This document shows positions 1 to 8,489 of a DNA stretch of 24,291 bases, piece after piece (the first letter of the stretch is position 1; the number at the start of each line of letters is the position of its first letter). The notes beneath the pieces were generated by a model. That model made no database searches. It saw only the letters and a list, made by a program, of their open reading frames with translations, and had not been told where the DNA came from. Source of the stretch: a virus. Made by a program: the position numbers and the translations under genes. The stretch is from UHGV virus genome UHGV-0018110; one strand, 5' to 3'.

Positions 1-72
1 CGTAAAGCTAAACTGTACTACCTGCGTGAGCGTACTGGTAAGGCTGCTCGTATCAAAGAGCGTCTTAACTAA
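1..72 (+). CDS. rplS: 50S ribosomal protein L19, 3' end (partial; start lies upstream of window)
   Basis: Frame-1 translation RKAKLYYLRERTGKAARIKERLN followed by TAA at 70-72 matches the conserved L19 C-terminus from memory; followed by an intrinsic terminator. Confidence 0.85.
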   Translation, partial: RKAKLYYLRERTGKAARIKERLN

Positions 73-110
73 GATTCGCTTTCGCGACATCCAAAGCGTG
101 TTAATAATCA

Positions 111-147
111 AGGGGTTAGCTAAGGGCTTACCCCTTTTTTTATTTTA
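111..147 (+). terminator. Rho-independent terminator downstream of rplS
   Basis: Imperfect GC-rich inverted repeat aggggttagc / ggcttacccct with a 4-nt loop, followed by a T-run (ttttttt at ttt). Confidence 0.6.
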
Positions 148-148
148 G

Positions 149-187
149 AGTCCACATAATGTCCACGTAGTTATGATTGTGTCCACC
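149..187. repeat. Three direct GTCCAC repeats; candidate integrase arm-type binding sites in the prophage att arm
   Basis: agtccaca (149-156), tgtccacg (160-167), tgtccacc (180-187) between the host terminator and the ogr terminator. The reverse complement GTGGACA resembles the P2 Int arm-site motif as I recall it. Confidence 0.35.
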
Positions 188-205
188 ATTAACACTGAGC
201 GTAGA

Positions 206-229
206 TAAAAAAAACCTGCCGAAGCAGGT
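206..229 (-). terminator. Rho-independent terminator of ogr
   Basis: Minus strand reads aacctgc-ttcg-gcaggtt followed by tttttttt immediately after the ogr stop. Confidence 0.75.
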
Positions 230-448
230 TTAAAGCCAAAGTTGCTGTTGCTGGTTTCTTACTGGATGGGGCGGGGCAGGCTCAACAGCTCCCGGCTTCA
301 TGATGAATCTCGATAGCGTCTCAAAAGTTATAAACGTGCAGCCACAATTAATGTTTTGGCACTGATGATAACGCTCTTTCGTTTCGGTACTAAGGTATCT
401 GCTAGTGCGAGCATGAGCGGCGTTCTGGCATAACGGGCAATGCATCAT
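230..448 (-). CDS. ogr: Late-gene transcriptional activator Ogr/Delta (zinc-finger)
   Basis: 72-aa ORF MMHCPLCQNAAHARTSRYLS...HQCQNINCGCTFITFE with the CxxC...CxxC zinc-finger arrangement; close to P2 Ogr from memory. Sits at the prophage end after gene D, as in P2. Confidence 0.9.
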   Translation of the reverse strand: MMHCPLCQNAAHARTSRYLSTETKERYHQCQNINCGCTFITFETLSRFIMKPGAVEPAPPHPVRNQQQQLWL

Positions 449-478
449 AATTTTTCCCCTGCTGGCGTTTCTGAGGGA

Positions 479-506
479 ATAATATACTTACAGTTTGCAT
501 TTGCAA
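479..506 (-). promoter_or_regulatory. Putative sigma70 promoter for ogr
   Basis: On the minus strand: -35 TTGCAA (501-506), 16-bp spacer, -10 TATTAT (479-484), in the 75-bp gap between the D stop and the ogr start. Confidence 0.4.
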
Positions 507-522
507 GTTAAGATTTGCTTTA

Positions 523-1692
523 TCACTCCTCGTTTTCCTCTGAGCTGTACTCTACGTCAGAAAGCTTAACCTCAAGCTCTAAGCCCGTCGTGAAGCCACT
601 ATTACTCAGATTGTGAGTTACCTTACTGATTAACCAAGATTGCTCATCTATGACGCGCTTAAAGCCTGATACGCGCACCGGCGTCTCAGGGAACAGGTCA
701 GCTCGACCGAAAGCCAGCGTAATTGAAAACTCCGCAACGCCTCGCTGCAGCTTATCCCACTTAGCCTGAGCGGCGCGCATCGCCTGCGCCTTAGAAGCGT
801 AGACAGTCGTCAGCGCCAGCACGTTATCGGCCTCACCGGCCATATACTCACCCTCGCGCGCCTCCGGCTCTTTTTTGGCCTTTGTCTTTTTGCTAACCGG
901 CTTTGCTTTCGGGTGCTCCAGTGCGCGCAGGTGCTTCTCTTTTGGCTTACGTTTCAGTGTTACTCTCTGCTTTTGCGGCTTTGGGTCTTTGGTGTGCAAC
1001 CATTTTGCCGTTACGCCGGTATAAGCCCCACGGTCGGCAATTGCAAACTGGTGACGGTCGCCATCGCTGCGGGTCAGCGTCATTTGTGGGACGGGTTTAC
1101 CGCTGGCCGTCATCGCACTGCCGGCTTTCAGAAACAGGAGTTTCCCCGCTTTCACTGACACCGCCGCCCCATTTCGGTCAGCCAGCCGGGTCAGAAATAC
1201 GGCGTCGGACTCCTGCGACTGGTCGATATGCGGTACCGGTATTTTTTTCAGCGAATCCGCGACACTGGCCGTCAGTTTATTGCGCTTTGCAATGGTGCTG
1301 ACCAGCTCACCGAGGGTGGTGTCGTGCCATGATTCTTCATGCCGTGAATTGAGTGTTCCGCGAAAATCTGCACTACGCGCCCGGATGGTAAGGGTATCAG
1401 GCGCGCCCCGATGCTCAATCTCATCGACCGTGAAATCGCCCTTATTCAGAAGTGCCGAACCCTGCCAGCCAAGCCACAGCGTCAGCACAGCCCCGCGCAG
1501 GGGTAACTCGACTTTGCCGTCGGTGTCGTCGAGCTCAATGTCGAGCTGGTCAGCCTCAAAGCCCCTGTTGTCGGTCATGGTGAGAGAAATCAGCCGGTCA
1601 CTAAAATTGCTGGTAATGTCCTGACTGTTCAGCGTCAGCATAAATGCCGGTGCAAGGCTGGTACCGGCGTCAATGGTCATGCCCATAATCAT
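523..1692 (-). CDS. D: Tail protein D (late control gene D family)
   Basis: 389-aa ORF; similar to P2 gpD from memory; start overlaps the U stop (ATGA-type coupling); position U-D-ogr matches P2. Confidence 0.9.
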   Translation of the reverse strand: MIMGMTIDAGTSLAPAFMLTLNSQDITSNFSDRLISLTMTDNRGFEADQLDIELDDTDGKVELPLRGAVLTLWLGWQGSALLNKGDFTVDEIEHRGAPDTLTIRARSADFRGTLNSRHEESWHDTTLGELVSTIAKRNKLTASVADSLKKIPVPHIDQSQESDAVFLTRLADRNGAAVSVKAGKLLFLKAGSAMTASGKPVPQMTLTRSDGDRHQFAIADRGAYTGVTAKWLHTKDPKPQKQRVTLKRKPKEKHLRALEHPKAKPVSKKTKAKKEPEAREGEYMAGEADNVLALTTVYASKAQAMRAAQAKWDKLQRGVAEFSITLAFGRADLFPETPVRVSGFKRVIDEQSWLISKVTHNLSNSGFTTGLELEVKLSDVEYSSEENEE

Positions 1693-2174
1693 GCGGTTAG
1701 TCCTCCGAGCGCACCCTGCAGCTTATCAGTCAGATTACCGGCAGAGCCGAGTAGCTCGCTTGCCTGCTTATTCAGGTCGCCAAACATTGCCGTCAGTGAT
1801 TCGTCGACCCGTTTCAGCGAAAGGGTAAAATCAATCTTTCTGGCCGCGCCGTCGCTGAAAAACTCGGCATGCGTGGTCGACACCTTATCGACGATATACA
1901 TCCCGAAGATATTGCCGGTTCCCTCAATAAGCGGCCATGCTCTGCCCTCGTCGGCCATCAGCTCAACAGCCAGCAGGGATATGCGACCGCCGGTAATAGC
2001 AGGGTAAAGCGTACCGGCAAGCTGGATCGAGTTCTCCCCCTCGCCGAGAAACTGGTATGCAGGAGGTTTACCGACCCGGTCATTAGACGCCCAGCGATAA
2101 TCTTTCGAGTGTTGCATCGACTGATAAGGCAGGGTGCGGCGTTCAAACACAAACATTCCAAGCGCAAGCATCAT
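1689..2174 (-). CDS. U: Tail protein U
   Basis: 161-aa ORF between T and D, size and position as P2 gpU. Confidence 0.85.
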   Translation of the reverse strand: MMLALGMFVFERRTLPYQSMQHSKDYRWASNDRVGKPPAYQFLGEGENSIQLAGTLYPAITGGRISLLAVELMADEGRAWPLIEGTGNIFGMYIVDKVSTTHAEFFSDGAARKIDFTLSLKRVDESLTAMFGDLNKQASELLGSAGNLTDKLQGALGGLTA

Positions 2175-2186
2175 CGTTTATTCCTC

Positions 2187-4628
2187 TCAGTCATGGCCCA
2201 TACTGGCACGCTGACGCGCACGCTTTTCGCGCTCAATCTGTTCGAGCGTGTCGCGTAGCTGTCTGTCAAGCTGATGCCCCGGCGCAACACCTCCCGGCAG
2301 AGTGATGTTGTATTCGCTTTTGCTCTGGTCAATGTAAGAGCGCCCCGCCGGTACGGTAACTGGCTGATAAGCCTGATAGCCGCCATATGTGTTGGTTGCC
2401 GGGATGTAGGAATTACCCTGCGTGGCAGCGTTGGTTTTGGCGGCAGTCTGGTCGAGGCTGTCCGATTCTTTGTTGATGATGCCGAGTTTTTCGAGAAGCC
2501 AGTCGACACCGCTGCGCAGCTTGTTAAAAACATTGAGCGGAGCCATCAAGGCAGAGGCCAGTGCCTGACCAAAAATAACGCCGACATTTTTGCAGCTATC
2601 AAGCGTCTCCTGCGTGGCCTTGACCGGGGCAATCAGGTCTTTAAACCATTGCCAGACGCCGTGCAGCTTCTCACCGAGTCCGTCAAAGATTGGAGCCAGT
2701 GGAGCGAACATTTCCCCGACCGGCGCAAAGGCGCTCATGATGCCCTCAATCACCCCCGAGAAAAATGCGCTGATGGGCTCCCAATATTTGCGGATGAGTA
2801 GCGCCCCGGCCACAATCGCCGCACCGACGGCCACAATCGGCCAGGTAATCGCACCGAGCGCTGTCACAATGGCACTACCAGCAACAGTAAAGACCGTACC
2901 CAACACGCCAGCAGCGGCGATAATGGCGTTAATCCCCATGACAACCGGCCACGCAACGAGACCAATGCCGCCGATGATACCAATCAGAGCAAGTGCGCCA
3001 CCGGCAATAATGCCGATAGTTGTCGCCAGACCTTTGTTTTTCTGGATCCAGCCGTCGAGCTTTAACACATACTGCGTGGCGGTTTGGGTGAGTTTACGCA
3101 GCGAGCCCTCTTGCTGGTCAAAAAGGTCGGTACCGACTGCCTCATAAGCCGACTGGAACTCTTTAAAGTCGCCGCCGAGGTTATCCTGCATAACCTTAAC
3201 CAGTTCCTCGGTTTTACCGTCCGAGGCTTTAAAAGCGGCAGTAAGCCGGTCAAGTTTGCCGCTTGAGGCTGCCTCCATAAGCACCGCCGCCGCCGAGCTG
3301 GCCTCCTCGCCGAAAATGGTTTTCATATACTCGCCGCGCTGGCTTGTTCCGAGGTTGTTTTTCTCAAAGCTGCGCTGCATTTCTTTCAGGATAGAGAATA
3401 TCGGGCGCGTGTTCCCCTTGCTGTCGGACGTTTTGACGCCGAGTTCCTTAATGGCCTCAAACGCTTTTCCGGTGGGAGCCTGCAGGCGGCTGAGAATGGC
3501 GCGGCTACCCGTACCCGCCATTGACCCGGTGATTTTGGCGTCGTGCAGCGCACCGACCATTGCGGCGGTTTGCTCAATGCTCACCCCGGCATTTTTCGCC
3601 ACTGGCGCGGCATAGGTCAGCGCGTCGCTCAGTCCGTCAAAATCGGCGGCGGTTTTGTTCATCGTCATCGAGAGAACGTCGCCAATGTGAGCAATCTTGT
3701 CGTTTGAAAGTTGAAACGCTGATTTCATCCCGGTCAGCAGCGCAGCGTTTTCCTCCATAGAGCGCCTGTTTGACAGCGCCATATTCAGCGTGACCGGCGT
3801 CGCCGCCTGAATGGCAGCAGCGTCACCGCCGCTTTTCGCAATGATGATTTGCGCGCTCGCTGCGTCATCTGCAGAGGCGGCAGTATTGTCGCCGAGCTGG
3901 CGCGCCTGTTTGCGTAGCGCTTCCATTTCTGGCGACTGCTTATCGACCCCGAGCACGGCCTGCAGCTCGGAGTTTTTTTGCGCAAAGTCATAACCGGGCA
4001 TCAGCAATTTAACCCCGGCCATCGTTCCCGCTGTCGCAATACCGACCCCGGCAGCACCTGCAGCGGCCATGTTACCGGCAAGCTCCTTACCCGATTTATA
4101 TCGCTCTTTCACTCGGTTTAGGTGCGCCTGCTGTGCGCTGACCTTCGCCAATGCTTCACGCTGCCGGTTGAGCTGCGCCGTCGTCTCGCTGATACGTGTT
4201 TTAAGCCCCCGCTCATCGTTTGCCAGATTGCGGGTATTGATACCGGCGGCACCCAGCTCGCGTTGCTGGCGTTTAACCGACTCGGTGAGGCTGTTGTATT
4301 TAACCTGCAGCCCCTCGGCGGCACGTTTTGCGGATTCGAGCACCTGTGCCTGCGCTCGCGTCGGGCGCTCAGTATTTTTGAATTGCGTGGCAAGCGCTTC
4401 AGCCTCGCGCTTTGCCTTCTCCAGCGACTGGCCGGTTACGGCCAGTTGAGCGCTGGTTTTGCGAAAGCCGTCGATTTTCGCGGCCTGCCCGTTCAGGTCA
4501 CGCAGCCCTTTTTGTGTGTCGCGAATATCGCCCGACAGGGTTTTACTCGCGGTCTGGATGGATTTAAGCGGTCGGGTCGCCTGGTCGACCGCTTTCAGCA
4601 AAACCTCAAGTCTCAGGTTATTACTCAT
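2187..4628 (-). CDS. T: Tail tape measure protein
   Basis: 813-aa ORF, coiled-coil-rich N-terminal half (QAAKIDGFRK..., repeated A/Q/E/L/R), Gly/Ala-rich hydrophobic segment, immediately downstream of E/E'; typical tape measure. Confidence 0.9.
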   Translation of the reverse strand: MSNNLRLEVLLKAVDQATRPLKSIQTASKTLSGDIRDTQKGLRDLNGQAAKIDGFRKTSAQLAVTGQSLEKAKREAEALATQFKNTERPTRAQAQVLESAKRAAEGLQVKYNSLTESVKRQQRELGAAGINTRNLANDERGLKTRISETTAQLNRQREALAKVSAQQAHLNRVKERYKSGKELAGNMAAAGAAGVGIATAGTMAGVKLLMPGYDFAQKNSELQAVLGVDKQSPEMEALRKQARQLGDNTAASADDAASAQIIIAKSGGDAAAIQAATPVTLNMALSNRRSMEENAALLTGMKSAFQLSNDKIAHIGDVLSMTMNKTAADFDGLSDALTYAAPVAKNAGVSIEQTAAMVGALHDAKITGSMAGTGSRAILSRLQAPTGKAFEAIKELGVKTSDSKGNTRPIFSILKEMQRSFEKNNLGTSQRGEYMKTIFGEEASSAAAVLMEAASSGKLDRLTAAFKASDGKTEELVKVMQDNLGGDFKEFQSAYEAVGTDLFDQQEGSLRKLTQTATQYVLKLDGWIQKNKGLATTIGIIAGGALALIGIIGGIGLVAWPVVMGINAIIAAAGVLGTVFTVAGSAIVTALGAITWPIVAVGAAIVAGALLIRKYWEPISAFFSGVIEGIMSAFAPVGEMFAPLAPIFDGLGEKLHGVWQWFKDLIAPVKATQETLDSCKNVGVIFGQALASALMAPLNVFNKLRSGVDWLLEKLGIINKESDSLDQTAAKTNAATQGNSYIPATNTYGGYQAYQPVTVPAGRSYIDQSKSEYNITLPGGVAPGHQLDRQLRDTLEQIEREKRARQRASMGHD

Positions 4629-5108
4629 TGTGGTGTCCGCTACGCTGCAGCGCCTTTTCGCGCCATGTGATGAGCTCGGTCAGGCTCAGGGAATAGAGAT
4701 CTGATAGCGGCCAGTGGAATATCACCGCGATATCCGCCATCAGGTCATCGGTCGACAGGTCGGGCGGGAAATCTACTCCGCCGAAGCCGGTGACAAAAAA
4801 CCAATCACCTTAGCGGCCAGCGACAGCATATCGGGCAGGTTCATTGCGGTAAGCTCCTGCGCCGTAAGCGCGGGGTAGGTCATGCGTGGCAATACCTTAA
4901 TCAGCGCATCGACTTCGGACTGCGCCACCGCTGCCAGACTGACACCGCGCAGGGTACCGGCGTTGGGCTCAATCAGGGTGACTTTATCAATCGTCTGACC
5001 GGCGCGCTTAATCGGCTTGTCGAGGGTCACGACGTTCGGGTTTACGGTGTCAATTTCATTGCCAGCCGTATCAACAAATTCAGCGGTTTTACGTGGTGCT
5101 TTAGCCAT
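4621..5108 (-). CDS. E': Tail assembly chaperone E+E' (-1 programmed frameshift fusion)
   Basis: Slippery heptamer T TTT TTG on the minus strand (4794-4800) in the X XXY YYZ phase of the E frame. The -1 frame then runs 57 codons with no stop (VTGFGGVDFPPDLSTDDLMADIAVIFHWPLSDLYSLSLTELITWREKALQRSGHHNE) and ends at a TAA that overlaps the T start codon, as in the P2 E/E' arrangement. Confidence 0.7.
4773..5108 (-). CDS. E: Tail assembly chaperone E (frame-0 product)
   Basis: ORF upstream of T; start chosen at MAKAPRKT (internal Met of the track ORF 4773..5153) from gene spacing after FII; ends TAG at 4773-4775. Confidence 0.75.
   Translation of the reverse strand: MAKAPRKTAEFVDTAGNEIDTVNPNVVTLDKPIKRAGQTIDKVTLIEPNAGTLRGVSLAAVAQSEVDALIKVLPRMTYPALTAQELTAMNLPDMLSLAAKVIGFLSPASAE
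4794..4800 (-). other. -1 ribosomal frameshift slippery site TTTTTTG
   Basis: Seen directly: plus strand caaaaaa at 4794-4800 is TTTTTTG on the coding strand, in the correct phase. Confidence 0.7.
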
Positions 5109-5170
5109 GATTTTTTCTCTGCTCTGAAAGGGGATTAATAACCGGCCAGCCATGCTGACCGGTCAGGGAA

Positions 5171-5689
5171 TTACAGCCCGATTGCGCGGCGGTGCTGTTC
5201 CAGACGGTCGACGCCGTTCACCTTCTCGACCATGTTGACGGTGTCGATTTCGATGACGTCGCTACCATCAATCGTCAGGCGGTAATAGGTGCAAACGGTC
5301 GACAGTTTGGTCGAGGTGTTTTCACCCTGCTTATTTTCGCCGCCGTCGATTTCTTTATGACGGCCACGCATGACGACCTCGACCGCGATGATTTCGCCGG
5401 TGTCGTCGCGCTGGTAGGATCCAGCAAAACGCAGCGGCACAGCGTCAGCACCCGGCGCGGCGTACTGCGCCCACAGAGCCACATCAGGCAGGCCACCGAC
5501 AGACCACTCGACGGTGAGCGCATCATCGTCGAGACCGAGGTCAATCGCCGCCGCCCCATTCATACCGCCGCCGCGATAGTTTTCGAGCTTGCGGGTCAGC
5601 TTCGGCAGCGTCACGGATTCAACAACGCCCATGTAGCTCAGACCGTCGTTGAACATATTCAGATATTTGAGTTTGCGGGGTAGTGCCAT
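5171..5689 (-). CDS. FII: Tail tube protein FII
   Basis: 172-aa ORF directly downstream of the sheath gene; size and position as P2 gpFII. Confidence 0.9.
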   Translation of the reverse strand: MALPRKLKYLNMFNDGLSYMGVVESVTLPKLTRKLENYRGGGMNGAAAIDLGLDDDALTVEWSVGGLPDVALWAQYAAPGADAVPLRFAGSYQRDDTGEIIAVEVVMRGRHKEIDGGENKQGENTSTKLSTVCTYYRLTIDGSDVIEIDTVNMVEKVNGVDRLEQHRRAIGL

Positions 5690-5704
5690 GTTATTTCAGG
5701 CTCC

Positions 5705-6883
5705 TTAGCTGTTGACCGATTCGGCCAGATTCACCAGATATTTATCGGTGATACGCTGGCGCAGGGTCAGGCTTTCCAGTGGTGGAACCGGCGTATAGTC
5801 GTAGTCGATATACAGTTTCCCGGCCTTGAGGGTTTCCTTATCGTTCGATTCCTCGTCGAACCAGCATTCACCGTCCACGATGTAGCCATTTGATTTCAGC
5901 TCGCGGAATTTGGCATTAATGCCGTCGACAATGTCACGGATGAGCGATGCGGTGATGGGCTTATCGACCGCCCACATGTGCGCCTCAGCCATCGTGTCGG
6001 CCAGCACCTGCGCGGTGCGGGTGTAGTTCTCAAACAGGAAAAGCGGGTCATCAGAGCAGGTGCGGTTACCCCAGAAGCGGAAGCCATCCTTACGCACCAG
6101 TGTCGTGACCCCGGCCTCGTTGAGCAGATCAGCATCGGTGCCGGATGCCTGCAAATCCCAAAACACTGACGCACTGATGCCGGTAACACCCTGCACGCCG
6201 ACGTTAGACAGGGTTTTGTGCCAGCCGACGGTCTGGTCGATATAGGCACGCAGGCCGAGTGCGCGCGCGGTGGCGTAGGCTGTTGCGGTGGCGTTCGCGG
6301 TGGTGTCCCATGCGAGGAAATCAGGCCAGATAAGCATCAGTTCGCGCTGGCTGAAATTCTCGCGATAGGCCATCGCCTCGGAAATAGTCTTACAGCCCCA
6401 TGCACTGACATAGCCAAAGGCGCGCAGGCTGATACAGACCGACGCAAGTGCGACTGCGACCTCTTTGGTATCGAGCCCCGGCACGCCGAGAATGCGCGGC
6501 TTAACGCCGGTGACCGCTTCGGCAGTCAACAGCGCCTTGATACCGGTGTATTTACCGTTCTCATCCGTGCCGCCGATGATATTGGAAATGGTCTGCGCTT
6601 CCGCGTCTTCTCCGGTACCTTCGGCAACACGCACGACAACGGTGACGGGCTTTGACTGGTCGGCGATGGCCTGCAGGGAGGCAGACAGCGTGCCTTTTTT
6701 ACCGGCTTTCGCAATGGCGCTCTGCACATTGGTAATCAGTACCGGCTCGTTGAGGGGAAATGTCGCGGCATCCGCATCGCTGGCCGTGCAGACCATGCCG
6801 ACGATTGCAGTCGCGACCGTAGAAATAACACGCGTACCGTCATTGATTTCGATGACCTGCGTGCCGTGGTGAAAATCACTCAT
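5705..6883 (-). CDS. FI: Contractile tail sheath protein FI
   Basis: 392-aa ORF, first gene of the FI-FII-E-T-U-D block; similar to P2 gpFI from memory. Confidence 0.9.
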   Translation of the reverse strand: MSDFHHGTQVIEINDGTRVISTVATAIVGMVCTASDADAATFPLNEPVLITNVQSAIAKAGKKGTLSASLQAIADQSKPVTVVVRVAEGTGEDAEAQTISNIIGGTDENGKYTGIKALLTAEAVTGVKPRILGVPGLDTKEVAVALASVCISLRAFGYVSAWGCKTISEAMAYRENFSQRELMLIWPDFLAWDTTANATATAYATARALGLRAYIDQTVGWHKTLSNVGVQGVTGISASVFWDLQASGTDADLLNEAGVTTLVRKDGFRFWGNRTCSDDPLFLFENYTRTAQVLADTMAEAHMWAVDKPITASLIRDIVDGINAKFRELKSNGYIVDGECWFDEESNDKETLKAGKLYIDYDYTPVPPLESLTLRQRITDKYLVNLAESVNS

Positions 6884-6984
6884 CCGGTTAACTCCGTGGT
6901 TAGTGGGCGAGTGTTATTGTCCTGGCTGGTCTGGTGAGGGGCTATTTGTCGGCGATGGGTAGCGGATGGCACATAAACAAATCA

Positions 6985-7008
6985 TAAAAAAGACGGGCAT
7001 CAGCCCGC
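6985..7008 (-). terminator. Rho-independent terminator after the tail fibre assembly gene
   Basis: Minus-strand stem cgggc-tgat-gcccg (plus 6994-7007) followed by a T-run (plus-strand aaaaaa at 6985-6991). Confidence 0.55.
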
Positions 7009-7014
7009 CTCGCA

Positions 7015-7443
7015 TTATTCCGGTTGTTCCGGCCATTCAATATCTGTTGAATTGATATCTATAGCGTCCAGCTTATCAATGTAGTCCAAAACAGCATTCA
7101 ATCTTAGAGTCTCGCTCTCAGTTAGCTTTCTGCCCGCCTGCATCTTTAATTGAATAACAGCTATAGAGCTCATAGCATTATCAATTCGGTTTTGCCTGTC
7201 AGCCTCAACTATTGCAATCAATTCATCGTGTGAAGGCGGAGCCAAATCAGCCCACACAGGCAAACCCTGTGCGCTGGCCGTCCTGTATTTATCTTCGGGA
7301 ACTAAACCCATGAAGTATTTCTGAAACTCTGAATCCGTGATTTCAACAATATCATCTGGCAGTGTTCCGGCTTTCTTATACGAGTCCATAAGAACACCTG
7401 AATACGCTATATTCTCTGATGGTGAATAATAATACTTCTGCAT
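7015..7443 (-). CDS. G: Tail fibre assembly protein (gpG-like chaperone)
   Basis: ORF directly downstream of H; start set at MQKYYYSPSE (internal Met of track ORF 7015..7515) because it abuts the H stop; AT-rich like the H 3' part. Confidence 0.75.
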   Translation of the reverse strand: MQKYYYSPSENIAYSGVLMDSYKKAGTLPDDIVEITDSEFQKYFMGLVPEDKYRTASAQGLPVWADLAPPSHDELIAIVEADRQNRIDNAMSSIAVIQLKMQAGRKLTESETLRLNAVLDYIDKLDAIDINSTDIEWPEQPE

Positions 7444-7445
7444 AA

Positions 7446-8489
7446 TTAGTACCCTATAGCCAGCCAATGGACGGTAGGGGTATACCCCAAAATGCGGGAG
7501 GTGACAGAGACACATGCATTTGTGCGCGAGCCTGCTTTCCCATCACTCCCGGCGCTCATATTTGAGCGTATAAACGTATTGAATTCGTTAGCTTGCCCCT
7601 CAAAAGTAGAGCCTGCCAAAGTCATGAAATTGACCAACGCCATATTAGGGAAAGCAACCGTATAAAGAGGCTTTGTATAATGGGTGTACCATGTTACCCC
7701 CCCCACTGTTTCCGAGTTATAGTTACCGACAGCTGATAAATTCCATATTCCCCATTGAACAATTATGCCACTCGGTAAATATTGAATACCATTTGACCCT
7801 TTCGTCGCCTGAAAAAATGACATATCCGGTACTTGCCCACTTCCCGAACCTACATTTTTTTTGGCGGCATTCCCTAACCCGAGGTTTTCAAAAAGCTTAT
7901 CAATCAGCCCCGCGTCGGCTATCTCCTTGAGCGCATTAGCAATCAGGGGGTACTGTCTGTGCGGGTTAGCTGCATCAACATGCTTTTTCATCAGGTCATC
8001 AGCATAGGCTTTCACCTCGATAACCTTATCGTCAACATACTGGCGCGTTGCCAGCACGACCGACGGGTCGATTTTCAGGGTGATGGCCGACGTGCTCGAC
8101 ACAATCAGAATCATGCGAATGGTCTGCGTGCGGCCGCTTCCCTCCTGCAGTTGCGGTTTGTAGGTCTCCGGACAGTTCGCCACGGCAATCAGAATACCGT
8201 CGTCGTCATAAAGGCCAATCTCGCGGATCCAGAAACCACCTTCATTCTCGGGAATAATCTGTTCCGCGATAATCTGACTGGTATTGGCCGGGTCAACGGT
8301 CAGCAGGTTCAGCGGCGCGATGCGTTTCTGGTTAATGAGCTTCGTCTGCGCCGGGTCAGGGGTCGGCAACGTACCATTCGCATCACCGACGGCCATCTGC
8401 GTCAGGTTGAGTTTGGTACCGAGTGCCGCCGCGTTCGCCAGCCGCGCCGCGCCCTGATTGGTCAGAATGGCAAAATATTTTGCGGTCAT
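7446..8489 (-). CDS. H: Tail fibre protein H (conserved N-terminus, divergent C-terminal receptor-binding part)
   Basis: 347-aa ORF; N-terminus (AILTNQGAARLANA...MAVGD...GGFWIREIGLYDDDGILIAVAN...EGSGRTQTIRMILIVSS) resembles the P2 gpH N-terminus from memory; the C-terminal half is AT-rich and unrelated. Confidence 0.85.
   Translation of the reverse strand: MTAKYFAILTNQGAARLANAAALGTKLNLTQMAVGDANGTLPTPDPAQTKLINQKRIAPLNLLTVDPANTSQIIAEQIIPENEGGFWIREIGLYDDDGILIAVANCPETYKPQLQEGSGRTQTIRMILIVSSTSAITLKIDPSVVLATRQYVDDKVIEVKAYADDLMKKHVDAANPHRQYPLIANALKEIADAGLIDKLFENLGLGNAAKKNVGSGSGQVPDMSFFQATKGSNGIQYLPSGIIVQWGIWNLSAVGNYNSETVGGVTWYTHYTKPLYTVAFPNMALVNFMTLAGSTFEGQANEFNTFIRSNMSAGSDGKAGSRTNACVSVTSRILGYTPTVHWLAIGY

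Noticed and set aside
903-1624. Plus-strand ORFs (132, 81, 114 aa) overlapping gene D on the opposite strand
   Set aside because: Antisense to a well-supported structural gene in GC-rich DNA, where long spurious open frames are expected; no RBS or coupling logic.
2171-4704. Numerous 60-185-aa ORFs on both strands inside the tape measure gene T
   Set aside because: All overlap the 813-aa T ORF; low-complexity Ala/Arg/Pro/Ser-rich translations typical of out-of-frame GC-rich sequence.
4773-5153. Longer N-terminal extensions given by the ORF track for E, and likewise for G (7515), R (11968), lysB (12507), K (13040), M (14911), N (15920)
   Set aside because: The extended starts overlap upstream genes extensively; internal Met starts match P2 N-termini (from memory) and give normal gene coupling.
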